64,000 bases of DNA from Octopus vulgaris (taxonomy: Eukaryota): contig OX597819.1 in the NCBI GenBank assembly GCA_951406725.2, positions 27,962,001-28,026,000 on the forward strand. Direction: 5' to 3'. How positions within the stretch are numbered: the first letter of the stretch is position 1; each line of letters opens with the position of its first letter. The position numbers and the translations under genes were made by a program. The notes below the pieces were generated by a model. The model was not told the DNA's origin, made no database searches, and saw only the letters and a program-made list of their open reading frames with translations. Below, in pieces: positions 1 through 12,440 of this stretch.

Positions 1-264
1 GGTATATTGAGTCATTGGCACAAAAGAGTCCAAACTACTCTATATCTGTTTTACATTCAGAAAAGTAATGAACCATTGCAAATGTGATAAAATTGTTTTA
101 CTGTAAAAATTATTATCAATTTATTTTGGTTCAATCAGCTCTTTTTATTGAATTTTTTTATAATTATTTTTAGAAAAAATTTTAAAATTTCAATGTCTCT
201 TTAAATTTGGAATTAGATGCATTTTTTTTATCTATTTCCTTACCGCATTTGTTTTCTCTATTAG

Positions 265-2116
265 GCTGCAATGGATTGTGCTGTGGCATATTCTCTTAAA
301 AGAGAAGCATTTGGAGCCCCAATTGCTAAATTACAAGCTGTTCAGGTATACTATACTTTTAAATATATTTTACTTATAAAGGATTGCATGTGTACTCTAA
401 AAGATTAATTTCTTTCCTTACCATTTGGGGAGGAATATAGACAATGAGTATATGTATATGTGCATGAATACTTGTACATATGTATGTGTGTCCTTATATG
501 GAAGGAATAAAGATCAAATTGTGTAGGAATAATAGCTGAAAGAGAAAATATTTATCTTTACATAGAATTAGAATAAAACATTAAAATGTACAACAATATT
601 TTGAAGCAATATAATATGACTGTTTGTATATTTGTATTACAGATGAAATTAGCTGACATGGCATCCAAAATCGATTCTTCTCGTCTTCTTTTATGGAGAG
701 CTGCTATGTTAAAGGATGCTAAAAGACCTTTTTCAAAGGTAAGATTATATAAATATACTGTGGAAGATAACGGAAATCTAGTATTGAAATGTATGTTTAT
801 GAAATTGTTTTAATACAGTCGCAATAATCTGAATCACTGCATCCTTCAAAACTTCCATGCTTCCTAAGATTCGCCAACACTATACCTGATTGAAAGACTA
901 CATCTTGTTTGCACAATTCAATCAAGCCAAAGATGAAACTTATGAATGAGGCATAGTCCTTCAATCCATCTAGGAGAGCAATAACTCTGAATAAAGAACT
1001 GACTTGGACTGTGATGATCTGTCCAACCCATGTCAGCCTGGAAAATAGACAGCTAATGAGAACCTCTCTGCAATCATTTGACTAACAAGGGATAAATAAA
1101 TCTCCCTCAATCATAGGTCTTGATCAGGGCCAATCTCAGCTGAAATTGGAATAGCTACAACATATCAACTTACCTTGCACATGGTCACTACATTTGTGAA
1201 TCATCTGGTTTCAAGGCAGAGATGACAATTTTGAAAATATAGGTACCAATGTAGTAATCATTAAAGTGAACAAAGGATATAACCTTCAACAGAACTGCTT
1301 TATTTTTCAGCTAGAAGACCCTATTTTGTAAGAGTTGTTCAATATCAGAGAAAGTCATGTTAGATAAATCAGTTGATGTTAATTCATTAACAAGTTTTTC
1401 TCTGTTACAGGAATCAGCCATGGCTAAGTTAGTTGCTTCAGAAGCTGCAACTGCTGTTAGTCACCAGGTAAGTTATAACTTATTGATTTCAATTTAAAAA
1501 ATGTTAATTATTTTGAAATTAACCCTTTCGTTACTGTATTTATTTTGAGATGCTCTGTGTTTCTTTCAATTACTTTAGATATAACAAAGAATTTAGTAAA
1601 ATAACTTAGTTATCATTCAGCCAGTGTTAGGAACATAAATTGTGACTAAGGTTTGGTGGAAGATTTTAATTCAAAATTTATGAAAACAAGACCTTTGTAC
1701 TACAGAGCCAGAGCCAGTTTCAGCCAGGTTGGTAACGAAAGGGTTAAGTTCCTTCTTTCACTCTTTTCTGTCACTGGTCTGTAGCCATGCTAGGGCATAG
1801 ACTTCAAAGGTTTTAGTCAAGCATATTGACCCTCCCCCTCAATACTTATTTTAGTTTGGTATTCATTTTTATAGCTCTCTAATGAAGCACTAGGTTACCT
1901 TTTTGAAAATTAAACAGGTTTTTACATTCGTAAATATAAACTCTCGCACATACATACAGGAGTGGCTGTGTGGTAAGTAGCTTGTTTACCAACCACATGG
2001 TTCCGGGTTCAGTCCCACTGCGTGGCACCTTGGGCGAGTGTCTTCTACTATAGCCCTGTGCCGACCAAAGCCTTGTGAGTGGATTTGGTAGACGGAACTG
2101 AAAGAAGCCCGTCATA

Positions 2117-2174
<58 letters not shown>

Positions 2175-5100
2175 TGCGTGTGTTTGTGTGTCTGTGTTTG
2201 TCCCCCTAGCATGGCTTGACAACCGATGCTGGTGTGTTTATGTCCCCGTTACTTAGCGGTTCGGCAAAAGAGACCGATAGAATAAGTACTGGGCTTACAA
2301 AGAATAAGTCCGGGGGTCGAGTTGCTCGATTAAAGGCGGTGCTCCAGCATGGCCGCAGTCAAATGACTGAAACAAGTAAAAGAGTAAAGAGAGAGAGAGA
2401 TATCTGTCTTTCTGTGTATGAGTGTGTGTATGTATATATATGTGTGTGTGTGTGTGTGTGGAAGCACATAGCTTACTACCCTTGTGGGTAGTAAAGAAAT
2501 AGGTATGTGTATACCAGGGCTATCTTGGAAAAGATAATGCATCCATGTAGAGCAGATGAGGTAGAAGATATCTGTTGGGTGGTTGAGGCATCTGCAGGGC
2601 AAAAATCAGCGTTACCTTTGTGAGTCGTGTGCAAGGGAGCTGCTCATGGGCTCGTAGATGGCCAAATCAGACTGAGCTGGAGCATATACTCTTTTACTTG
2701 TTACAGTCATTTGGCTGTGGCCATGCTGCAGCACTGCCTTTAGTCGAGCAAATCGACCCCAGGACTTATTCTTTGTAAGCCTAGTACTTATTCTATCATT
2801 CTCTTTTGCCGAACCGCTAAGTAACGGGGATGTAAACACACCAGCATCAATTGTCAAGCGATGTTGGGAGGACAAACACATACATACACACACACACATA
2901 TACATATACATATATACGACGGGCTTCTTTCAGTTTCTGTTTACCAAACCCACTCACAAGGCTTTGGTCAGCCCGAGGCTATAGTAGAAGACACTTGCCC
3001 AAGGTGCCATGCAGTGGGACTGAACCCAGAACCATGTGGTTGGTAAACAAACTACTTACCACACAGCCACTCCTGTGCATATATTTGAATTCGGCTTGAG
3101 CTGCTCTGAGCTTGTCTGGTGCCAACCAATGTGGATGGGAAAAACAGGAGGTCCCTTCATGGAGATGAAGTCTCTCATGGAGTGGACGAGCTCAGTAGGT
3201 CTAAAGGACAAGTTAGTGAGCTCTGGAAAAGAAGCAAGTAATGCATGATATTGGTCTCCTGAAGCAGCAAAGAAGAAAGGACGACTCACAATAGCAACAG
3301 AAGACCATTATTTACATTTAACGGATATTTGTCCTCATCTTGTTTGTTGTTAACACAATGTTTCAGCTGATATACCCTCCAGCCTTCATCAAGTGTCTTG
3401 GGAAAATTTCGAACTTTGGTTCTCATTCCTAAGGTATTTTTCGATTATTATTATTATTATTCAGGTCATTGTCTGGCGTAGTGGTTAAGAGTGCGAGCTA
3501 CTAACTCCAAGATTCCAAGTTCAATTCCAGGCAGTGACCTGAATAATAATAATAATAATAATAATATAATAATAATAAAGACAACAACATCGAAAATTAC
3601 CTTAGGAATGAGAACCCAGGTTTGAAATTTCCCCAAGACACCTGATGAAGGCTGGAGGGTATATCAGCCAAAATGTTGTGTTAACAACAAACAAAATGAG
3701 GACAAATATCCGTCAAATGTAAATATGTACATAATTCCTCATCTCTTGAATATAGTACTGTATTAGCAACAGAAGTATCCTTTGCAAGTGTTGACAGAGG
3801 AGTGGTACTGTCAAGAAGCTGTTGCCATCTCACATCTACCAATAGTGAGTAGGAAATGTAAAAAATCATCCCCCAATATTGGATAAGGCGGAGCAGCGAT
3901 GATGAAAATCCATTTAAAGTCTCTGCATTGAGATAAATCCAAAGATAAAGATATCGCTCTGAAGATCCGGATGGCAGAATGGTTGATAGCACACAAGGAT
4001 ATACTGGAAAGATCAAGCTTGGTCGAAGTAAAGCATAAGGGCCAAATGCTCATGCTGGCTCCAGTATTAACCATAATAGACTTAGAGATGTCTCTTACAA
4101 AGAATACACGATATGGAGTAGAACTGACCATGGGGACCTCTGATGTGCTTAGGGTCTCCTGTGTTTGTTTTCCTGTGGGGAGTAGGAACATGACTGTGTG
4201 CATCGTCTGGCCTGGTCTTTGAAACATTGATGATACCAACAGTGTGAGGTGTTTGGAGAGATTGTATGACTAAGAAGAACAATTCCTAGAATGTAGTCTG
4301 GAAGAGGAACGAATGTTACCCATGCTTGAAACTTGGTTGGTCTCAAACCCTTAATGACCTTGGGGGTTGCTGTATGACCTGAAGACTTGGCAGTAGAAGA
4401 GTCCTGGGCAGCTGAAGAAGAAGCAATGGCTAGTACCCTGTCAGCTGTGGAAGAGCCTCTAGAGAATTCCAGTATCTTGTTTGCCGACATAGCTATTTGG
4501 TTCATGGTGCTGCTTTCCACTATCAGGACTAGAATTGATTGCACATTGGACGGTAGGCTAGAGAAGAATAACTGTTTTACAAGGGAGCTTTCCTCCGTGT
4601 AACCATTAGCCAACTCATGGATACAGCATACAAATTCTGTTGGGGACCTGTCCCCAAGATGTTTGTCTTCCAGGAGAGTATGGAAATGGCTTTTGGAGGA
4701 CTTAGAATTTCAATGAAGAAATTCCACCTTTATGGAAATGTAGGCGGTATCAGGTGGAGTGTCTGTGGTGAGATCTTTTATAGTGAGTGAGAGTACAGAA
4801 GGAATGTCACTAAGTACAATGTGAAGCTGTTGCTGAGCTGATTCAATGATGTTCACCATGAAATAAGACTCAAGTTGAGCGAACCACATGCGGGCATTGC
4901 CGTGATAGTGGGGTAGTGCTGTGTGACTCATCTTCCAATGGAAAAATATATGGAACCCATATGCAGGAGGAACACAGGCCAATCAAAACCAATCCAGAAA
5001 ATGTGACAGGAAAGAAAGTTTCCCAAGCAGTAGCAAGTAACTAGGATAGCGTCTTCCAGCAAGAACGTGAGACAAAGGTAAAGATAAAAAGGAGCGCAAA

Positions 5101-6620
5101 GTCGTATCTGAGTATGAAAAAAATATGTGTGATCTCTCCTGAGGAGGATTTCAAATGACTTGAACTAGTGGACCAAAAACATTAGAAGGACATATGGCAT
5201 CCATGCCAGCAGGAAGAGATGGAAAATAGCACATGGTAATTAATACAGAGTCACAGACCGTGCAGTGAGTTCTCCAAACTCCAAAAATTTCGGTAAGAAT
5301 GCTTCATGAAGAAAAATGTGCAGAGTCAACATAAGAAGTTGTTAAGCGAGAAGGAATGCACGTTCTAAGTCGGTTTCACCATGTTAGTGTTGTGTGGTCA
5401 TCACTCTAGTAGTAGTTTTTTTCTGTAGCAAATGTTAATGCGGATGCAAGGTTAGGAATAATGAAGGAGTCATTCTTAAACTTCACAAATAATTTAATTA
5501 TAGATAAGAACAGATATGAGTTCACCAAGAATATGCTTTGAGTGAAGTTGCGCAGAAATACGAAAAGTTACATACGATATTTTGCCTAGTCGCATTCTGT
5601 GTGAAAGAAATGCAATGGAAAGTGTACGAAGGAAATTCATACCACAAATGGTTCATTAGTGGCGCAAGAGAAATCCATACATATGTTGTAATATAAAGGG
5701 CTTGAGGCACACGGTCAGTACTAAAGGCCATCTCCTTAGCTTAGCCCACATGTAGACAAGTATAGTTGCTCTCCATAACAAGGATGTGAACAGGTCGTAT
5801 TCAGCATAGCAAAATGAAAAAAGATGAATCTCTGTGTTCCATACATAGGCTGAAAGGCTGCTGGCTTCCCCTAGCAGACAAAAACTTCTAGAACTTTCCA
5901 TACTATAGTGGCATTGCTAAAAGACATAAATCCGCTATTCTTGGAACATTCTAGAACGTTCGTCAAGGGAAGTCACTGGTGTTGAATCCCCTGGCTTCTG
6001 GAAAACCATAAATAGAACAATGACAGAATCTGTTTCAATTTACGTCACGCCTACAGTTCTTTTTCTTTACCTCAAACACACACACACACATACATACATA
6101 ATTTAATGAACACAGTATATATTTTATGAGCTATTAATAGTTTCATGTAATTTAAACAACACAGGCAGCATTTTATAACACATCTGGTGCCTTCATGCAA
6201 TCTTTAGGCTACATTCACATAGCATATACATGATTGCATGAAGGTACCAGATGTGTTATAAAATGCTGCCTGTGTCATTTTCATTACATGAAACTCTTAG
6301 TAGTTCATAAAAATATATCATGTTCATTAATAACATTTATCTCTCACCAGATGAAGTACTTTTTTTGTTGATCTTACCTTCATGAAACTGTATACTATAA
6401 TATATATATATGTGTGTGTGTGTGTGTATCTATATATATCTTTTGTTGTTTGTTGCAGGCAATCCAAGTTCTTGGAGGAATGGGATATGTTTCTGATATG
6501 CCTGCAGAGCGCCATTATAGAGATGCAAGAATTACTGAAATCTATGAAGGAACAAGTGAAATTCAACGTCTTGTTATTGCAGGAAGCCTAATCAAAGAAT
6601 ATCAGCAGATGAATCTTTGA
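265..6620 (+). CDS. ACADS: Short-chain specific acyl-CoA dehydrogenase, mitochondrial; last four coding exons (5' part outside the window)
   Basis: Exons 265-345, 643-738, 1411-1467, 6459-6620, all AG/GT bounded and phase 0. Joined: [27 protein letters not shown]|[32 protein letters not shown]|[19 protein letters not shown]|[53 protein letters not shown]. This closely matches the vertebrate SCAD C-terminus as I recall it. Confidence 0.95.
1523..1743. mobile_element. piggyBac-type MITE
   Basis: TIR CCCTTTCGTTAC / GTAACGAAAGGG flanked by TTAA on both sides (1519-1522, 1744-1747). Degenerate relatives near 33110-33380 and 61560-61890. Confidence 0.8.
1957..2395 (+). mobile_element. tRNA-derived SINE family A (internal (TA)n/(TG)n tract)
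   Basis: Head GGAGTGGCTGTGTGGTAAG...GGTTCAGTCCC (pol III A/B-box-like) and AAGAGTA-type tail. Near-identical copies at 2687-3078 (-), 20169-20560 (-), 20623-21014 (+), 23298-23700 (+). Confidence 0.85.
2687..3078 (-). mobile_element. tRNA-derived SINE family A, inverted copy nested in the Gypsy RT region
   Basis: Reverse complement of the 1957-2395 element; it interrupts the RT remnant between AEFKYM and LQLSLIWPS. Confidence 0.85.
3304..3763 (+). mobile_element. Fold-back non-autonomous retroelement with tRNA-like head and two hammerhead-ribozyme-like motifs (Penelope-like ends)
   Basis: 12-bp TSD TAGCAACAGAAG (3292-3303, 3764-3775). Inverted arms about 3309-3476 and 3527-3724. Central A box TGGCGTAGTGG and B box GTTCAATTCC. 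Hammerhead-like cores at 3637-3682 (+) and 3352-3397 (-). Confidence 0.8.
3637..3682 (+). ncRNA. Minimal type I hammerhead ribozyme motif (decayed)
   Basis: GACAC-CTGATGA-A-GGCTG(loop)CAGCC-AAAAT-GTT-GTGTT. The inverted copy retains GAAAC, giving the consensus CTGATGA...GAAACGTT with stem I GACAC/GTGTT. Confidence 0.6.
6103..6330. repeat. Long inverted repeat / hairpin (about 100-bp arms, 29-nt loop)
   Basis: Inner 44 bp ACACAGGCAGCATTTTATAACACATCTGGTGCCTTCATGCAATC pairs with 6232-6275 with only one G-U wobble. Confidence 0.85.
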
Positions 6621-6831
6621 ATCTTTACTGCAGAACAACAACTAATAAACTAATGACTTGTGGTAACATTAATATTTTTTTCAATAAAATAAGAAACAAT
6701 TTAACCAAAGATTTCAATTTAAATGATGGGAGTAAAAAATGGGCATTTGATATTGCACTTGTACATTTTAATGGTGAGTATTTCAGAGAGAAAAACGTTT
6801 AGTTCTTTGAGTGGCGCACTGGTATGAAGAT

Positions 6832-7045
6832 GGCGACCTGGCAGAAACGTTAGCACACCGGGCGAAATGCTTAGCGGTATTGCGTCTGTCGTTGCGTTCT
6901 GAGTTCAAATTCCGCCGAGGTCGACTTTGCCTTTCATCCTTTCGGGGTCGATAAATTAAGTACCAGTTACGCACTGGGGTCGATGTAATCGACTTAGTCC
7001 GTTTGTCTGTCCTTGTTTGTCCCCTCTGTGGGCAATAAAGAAACA
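6832..7045 (+). mobile_element. SINE family B (GAGTTCAAATTCC B box; GCCTTTCATCCTTTCGGGGTCGATAAATTAAGTACCAG core)
   Basis: Many diverged copies: about 13860-14530 (three, +), 39780-40365 (-), 43215-43390 (-), 62130-63265 (several, -). Confidence 0.75.
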
Positions 7046-7299
7046 GATATGAAGACAAAATGAGTGTGAGGTTAAGGTGCTGGACTACTAACAACTTTAT
7101 CAAAGGTTCCAATCTTATGATTGTTATTGTATTGTCTCTAAGCAAGGGACTTAACCACTGCCTGTTCAAACTTACCTGACCAAACAAAAAAAAGTCCCTT
7201 TTTTCTGTCTTACAGTTGCAATACAATGAAATCATGTCACCTATGCAAGCTTAGAAAACAAGTGTAAATTAGTATTTTGAAAAATAACAATAAAGATAA

Positions 7300-7740
7300 T
7301 CTATATATATAAAACTGTAGTTGTGTGAGTGTCTGTCCCCCTCGATTTAGATTCCTAACTACTCCCACATTTTGCGGTGCAGTTTAACCAAATTCAGGTA
7401 TCTTATAGTCGTGATTCATATCGAGCCCGTCTGAGTATTAGCGCGCGTCTACAATGAGTCTACAATTTTAAAAATAATTTAACATCATTTTTTATTCCAT
7501 TTTAATGCATAATTTTTCGTGTGTCGATGGCGGCAGAGTTGGCGGCCATGGTCACACCTGCACCTGTTTGCTTCTCCCCCTTCTTCCCTCCCTCGTGAAG
7601 CTGTGGGGAAGGGAGTGTAAGGAAATCTATGTCGTAAAGCGTTGTCAAGATTATGAAACGTGTCATGACAGGTAAAGAAGCCTGCGCATGCTTTTGTAGT
7701 GAATTTCAAGCAAATGTCACCATCAGCAAGGCTTACACAC
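7300..7740 (+). mobile_element. Helitron non-autonomous family, 5' portion
   Basis: Begins A|TC TATATATATAAAA and shares the GATTTAGATTCCTAACTACTCCCACATTTTG block with the complete copies at 31607 and 50097. No 3' CTAG end was located. Confidence 0.65.
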
Positions 7741-7754
7741 ATGTGAAGACAACA

Positions 7755-8240
7755 AATATGTATATGTGTGTGTGTGTGTATGTACATATGTATATGTATA
7801 TACATATATATATTCGTTAAACGATGATGATGATGATATATACATGTATAGATATATGCATATTTATATATATGTGTATAGATATATGCATATTTATATA
7901 TATGTGTATATATATATGTATACTTATATACATGTATATATGTGTATATGTATATATATATGTATACTTATATACATGTATATATATATGTGTGTGTGTG
8001 TATATATATATATATGTATGCTTATATACATGTATATATATGTGTATATATATATGTATGTGTGTATAGATATATATGTATATATGTGTTTGTATATATA
8101 TATGTATATATATATATATGTGTGTATATATATGTGTGTATATGTATGTGTATATATACATGTGTGTAAATATGTGTATATATATATGTATATATATATA
8201 TGCATATATATATATATATATATATGTGTGTATATATATA
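7755..8240. repeat. Complex (TA)n/(TG)n microsatellite tract
   Basis: Directly visible; source of the spurious YI/CV-rich ORFs. Confidence 0.95.
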
Positions 8241-8602
8241 AAGGAATACAAAAAAAGGGGACAACAAAACATCCAGACATGATACAAAAAGGAACAAGAA
8301 AATACATGGATGGGTAATTCGAATTTTCTTTCCTTAGTCGAGTTCCAGATTATCTTTGCAATTTCGGTTGGTTATACTCAAGATTACTCCAATCTGGCCA
8401 GCCCCAAAGAAAAATTAAACTAAGAGTACTAGATTCCTTGGAAGAAAGCAGCGAATGTATACGAAAACAAGGACGAGATAGAAACAGAGAAATGGTACAC
8501 AAATGCAAATAACAGGATATTAGCAACAGGTGTCTTTCGACTAAGGATGAATTGAATTAGGCTGGCGTGTGTGGAAGTGAAGCCTTACGGATACATATGA
8601 GT

Positions 8603-8656
<54 letters not shown>

Positions 8657-9464
8657 ACATTCACATACACATACACATGTACACACTCTCACAGACGCGT
8701 CTGCCCATTCTCCTAGACACTCACATACATACGTAGCACATGAGTACAAACATACCTACGTATGGGCATACACACGTACATACGCACACACATACATGGG
8801 CACATGCATACGTGCGCGTATACATACGCACATGCGTACGTATGTACATACACACATACGTACGTACATACATACGCACAATAGTAAAACAGAAGTTCTG
8901 TGATATAGAGATGTCTGATAATAGGTTTTAGGGTTTTGTTTTAGGAGTGAGGGTCGTAAATCACTTCCTATTTTCGGCGGGGGGGGGAGGTTGAAATTTG
9001 ATATTATTGTGATGAGTGGTCACTCTACATCTATCCATCACTACAGGTTTATAGCTTTGTTTATAGTGTGTATGTGCATGTATATACACACACATACATA
9101 TATACATACATACATGCATACACAGGCATATGTACGTACATACATACATGCATACATACGTGTATGCATACATACAGACATACATACGTACATATATATG
9201 ACGAACTAACTGTTACTTTCTCAGATGCAGCACGGATTTTTGCCAGTGAACAGGTCGCGGATTTTAGCGACGAAAATATTTTGACAAATTAAACTTAAAT
9301 GTTGAAGTGAATCGAACGGCTTTTGTGTGTTTCTTAAATGGCTTACAAACACCTTCCACGCTGCAATTGTTTTCGTTTCAGCACACGATCTCAGATCACA
9401 TCACTTGCTATGCGAGTACATCTCCCTATATATATATATGTATATATATATGTGTATATATATA

Positions 9465-9752
9465 TCACGTGATCACGTGACTGACCAGACCATCAGATGT
9501 TGTTACACATCGCTGGTCACAATGCGTTCGCATTGTTTTAGCCTTCGAACGACGCCACCCCGCTGGCTAAGCGAGCAGGCCAACAGAAGAAAGTGGGAGA
9601 AAGAGTGGTGAAAGAGTACAGCAGGGATCACCACCCCCTGCTGGAGCCTCGTGGAGCTTTTAGGTGTTTTCGCTCAATAAACACACACGACGCCCGGTCT
9701 GGGAATCGAAACCGCGAGTCCGCTGCCCTGACCACTGGGCCATTGCGCCTCC
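9465..9752 (-). mobile_element. tRNA(Arg)-like-headed SINE
   Basis: Minus strand begins GGAGGCGCAATGGCCCAGTGGTCAGGGCAGCGGACTCGCGGTTTCGATTCCCAGACC (A and B boxes); inserted in (TA)n. Confidence 0.7.
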
Positions 9753-9772
9753 ATATATATATATATATATAT

Positions 9773-10634
9773 ATGAGGGGGTACCAAAGAGTAACTGGAA
9801 ACGTTCTCTGTGGGACAAGCCTGTTGCAGTTCAGGCTTCAGCCACTAGAAACCACTTGATGCAATCCTCAGGCATCAGTTTGCTAACTGACATTGTTCGG
9901 TGTGGTCATACTGCCACGTGGTACATCTTTGTTTTGCGGTGCTTCTCCCCTGTTCATCAATTTTTGCGATGGCTAAAACAATGGAACAGTGTGCTTCCAT
10001 GAAATTCTGTTTTCTGCTGGAGAAAATGGTGGTCGAAACAGTTGTCATGCTTCAAACAGCTTACAAGGTCACTGGCATGAGGAAAACATAAATTTACAAG
10101 TGGGTTTCATGCTCTAGGAATGGTCACTTGTCACTTGAGCACCAACCTCGTTCAGGGCGACCACTGACCTCCCGAACGAATGAAAACATCACAAAAATTC
10201 ATGAACTGATCTTGGAGGACCATCACCAAACAATTGACAAAGGAATTGCGAATGAAAAGAGTTGCAACAAAATTTGTGCCTCACTTGCTCACAGAAGATC
10301 AAAAGCAGTCAAGGCCGAATGCGTGTTTTGAACTGAAAGAACAGTTGGAAGTTCATCTGGACCTTTTTTCAAAGGTCATCACTGGTTACGAAAACTGGTG
10401 CTATGGAATTTGCAAATGTGGAAGGGGTGAAAAAAACAAAAAAACAATGGAGGTGTTAAAAGACATCACTTCACAAGAGTTCCAGCACTGCTTTGAACAA
10501 TGGAAAATACATTTGGACCAATGCATTGATCAAATGGAGAATACTTTGAAGGTGATAAAAGTGTAAACATGTAAAACTAAGTGAATAAAACAATACTGCA
10601 AAGTTCTGGTTCCTTTTGGGTACCCCCCACTTGT
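9773..10634 (+). mobile_element. Mariner transposon remnant with internal deletion
   Basis: Frameshifted transposase pieces MEQCASMKFCFLLEK, QPRSGRPLTSRT, KFVPHLLTEDQK, KVITGYENWCYG; imperfect TIRs GAGGGGGTACCAAA / TTTGGGTACCCCCC. Confidence 0.85.
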
Positions 10635-12440
10635 AAAATATAAAAATGTTTAAAAAAATTCAAAACACTGCAAAAATTTGGTACATTCATGGCGCAAAAT
10701 GCTACTTTTTACTCAACATGATAAATATATTTTTACATCCAGTTGTTATCTTTTACATAGGTGTGCTGAAAGTAATTTGCCTGAGCTTTTATAATTAGGT
10801 TTAGTGTTGTTTAACAATATTTTACACTCATTTGCTAAAGTCTTCTTCAACTCCTTCCAAACATTTGCAAAGTTAAAAAAGGCAGACTTAATATTGTAGG
10901 CTCTTAGATTCAGGAGTGTCCTGCCCACCCCCAACCTCTGTATTTTCTGCATCAGTTTCATCCTACAACATAGTCATTATTTCTTTAAAAAATATTCTTT
11001 TATTGTCTATTGCAGACAACAATTATCCCCAAGTCCATCTAACTTAAGATGTACATGGAGGCAAAAAGTGATATTTAATTCTGCCAGCTCTGTTTTTGCA
11101 TTAATATTAGAAGGGCCATTGTCAAGAGGTAACAATGCCTTTACATTATTGTAGAAAACTTCCAGAATATTTGTCTGGCAGTTTACATCAGACACTAAGT
11201 ACTTGAAGAACCAGCAAAAAAAGATTCCTGAAGTAAACCACATGTTCTTTGAACTGGTGTATATAAGAGGTTAGTTGATTTATATCTTTCAGAGATGTTT
11301 TATTTCTCACATCTATGAGCTCCAGGTGATGCAAGCCATCAGCATTTGCAAAGAATAAAGCAGAAATTAGCTCTTTATTTAACTTGCAGTCTGGAGTCCT
11401 CTGCTTATAATTTGTAGGCCAAAGTACTTTCAGGAACAGCACAATTAAAAAGCCAACATTGCAAATAAGATCCTTAGACCAAATAAGTTCACTTATATAT
11501 TTTATAAATAGCTCAGCCTCTAAAGTATCTATGCTTAAAAGTTTACCACACGTTTTCTTGCTCACAATTCTATGCCTTTCTTTTCTAAAACGCTACAGTG
11601 ATCTATCATTTGCCTAAATATTGTTTTCCATGAGTTTCACATGAAAATTTCAACTTAAAATTCTTACGTTAATGCTACTAGATTTATTTTTAACATGAAA
11701 CTATATATGATGACTTCTGTATTTTTATCGTGCCCAACTTTCATGTTTTAGCAGTTACTTACACTCTACTAAGTTCAGGTTAGGCCCACATCTAGGAAAA
11801 TCCCATCCAGAAAAGAACCACCTGTCTGATTGGTATAAAGTCACTCACAGACACGCTCCAGTCTCTGTCTGTCTTTCCATCGTTACTATAATGGTCTGTT
11901 TCTCAGAGATAGCTAGTCATGTGATTCTACTTATCATTCTTGGTGTGTCTAATCCACTCCTACTCTCCAAACCCTGCACTAATCACTATGGCCATTACTT
12001 CTACCCAAAATACCGACTCTCAAGAAGATTTTTTCCTGCAGGTATTGATTTGCAGATTTGACATCAATTTCACCATCAAAGAGGTCTACAAAAGGCCATT
12101 GACACTGCCTCTTCCTCCAGACCCAACAAGCAAGGAAGAAAAAAAAGAAACACATAATCACACAAACAATAAGCACATTGATTTGATCAAATATATTTCT
12201 TTTTTTATATTTTTAGTATTATTTGGATCTGATTCATTTCTCTTTGAATCTGTTCTGAAGAAAACATTCAATCATTACAAAAAATTTTCAAGTGAAAAAA
12301 GAAGTAGAAAAAATAAAATTATGATTGAAACTACAAGTACAGTTTTGGTACTTTTTGCTCTGAATAAATGTGGTGCAATGAAAATAATAATTTGAGAGTT
12401 GTATGAAAAGTATTCCAGGAACTCGTGAAAGGATTTTCAG

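Larger units (their letters stand above)
2460..6055 (-). mobile_element. Decayed Ty3/Gypsy LTR retrotransposon (5' LTR, PBS, gag, protease, start of RT) in an ACADS intron
   Basis: Putative LTR 6055-5382 (TG...CA) followed immediately by PBS-like TGGTGAAACCGAC (5381-5369). Gag fragments [54 protein letters not shown]; protease remnant [11 protein letters not shown]...PILGDDFL; RT remnant [30 protein letters not shown]. Many stops and frameshifts. Confidence 0.85.

Noticed and set aside
3474-3535. Functional tRNA gene
   Set aside because: A and B boxes are present but there is no convincing complete cloverleaf or terminator; it is the head of a TSD-bounded element. The same applies to the other SINE heads.
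7766-9292. Numerous Y/I/C/V/H/T-rich ORFs up to 183 aa
   Set aside because: Translations of (TA)n/(TG)n/(TACA)n microsatellites that lack stop codons.
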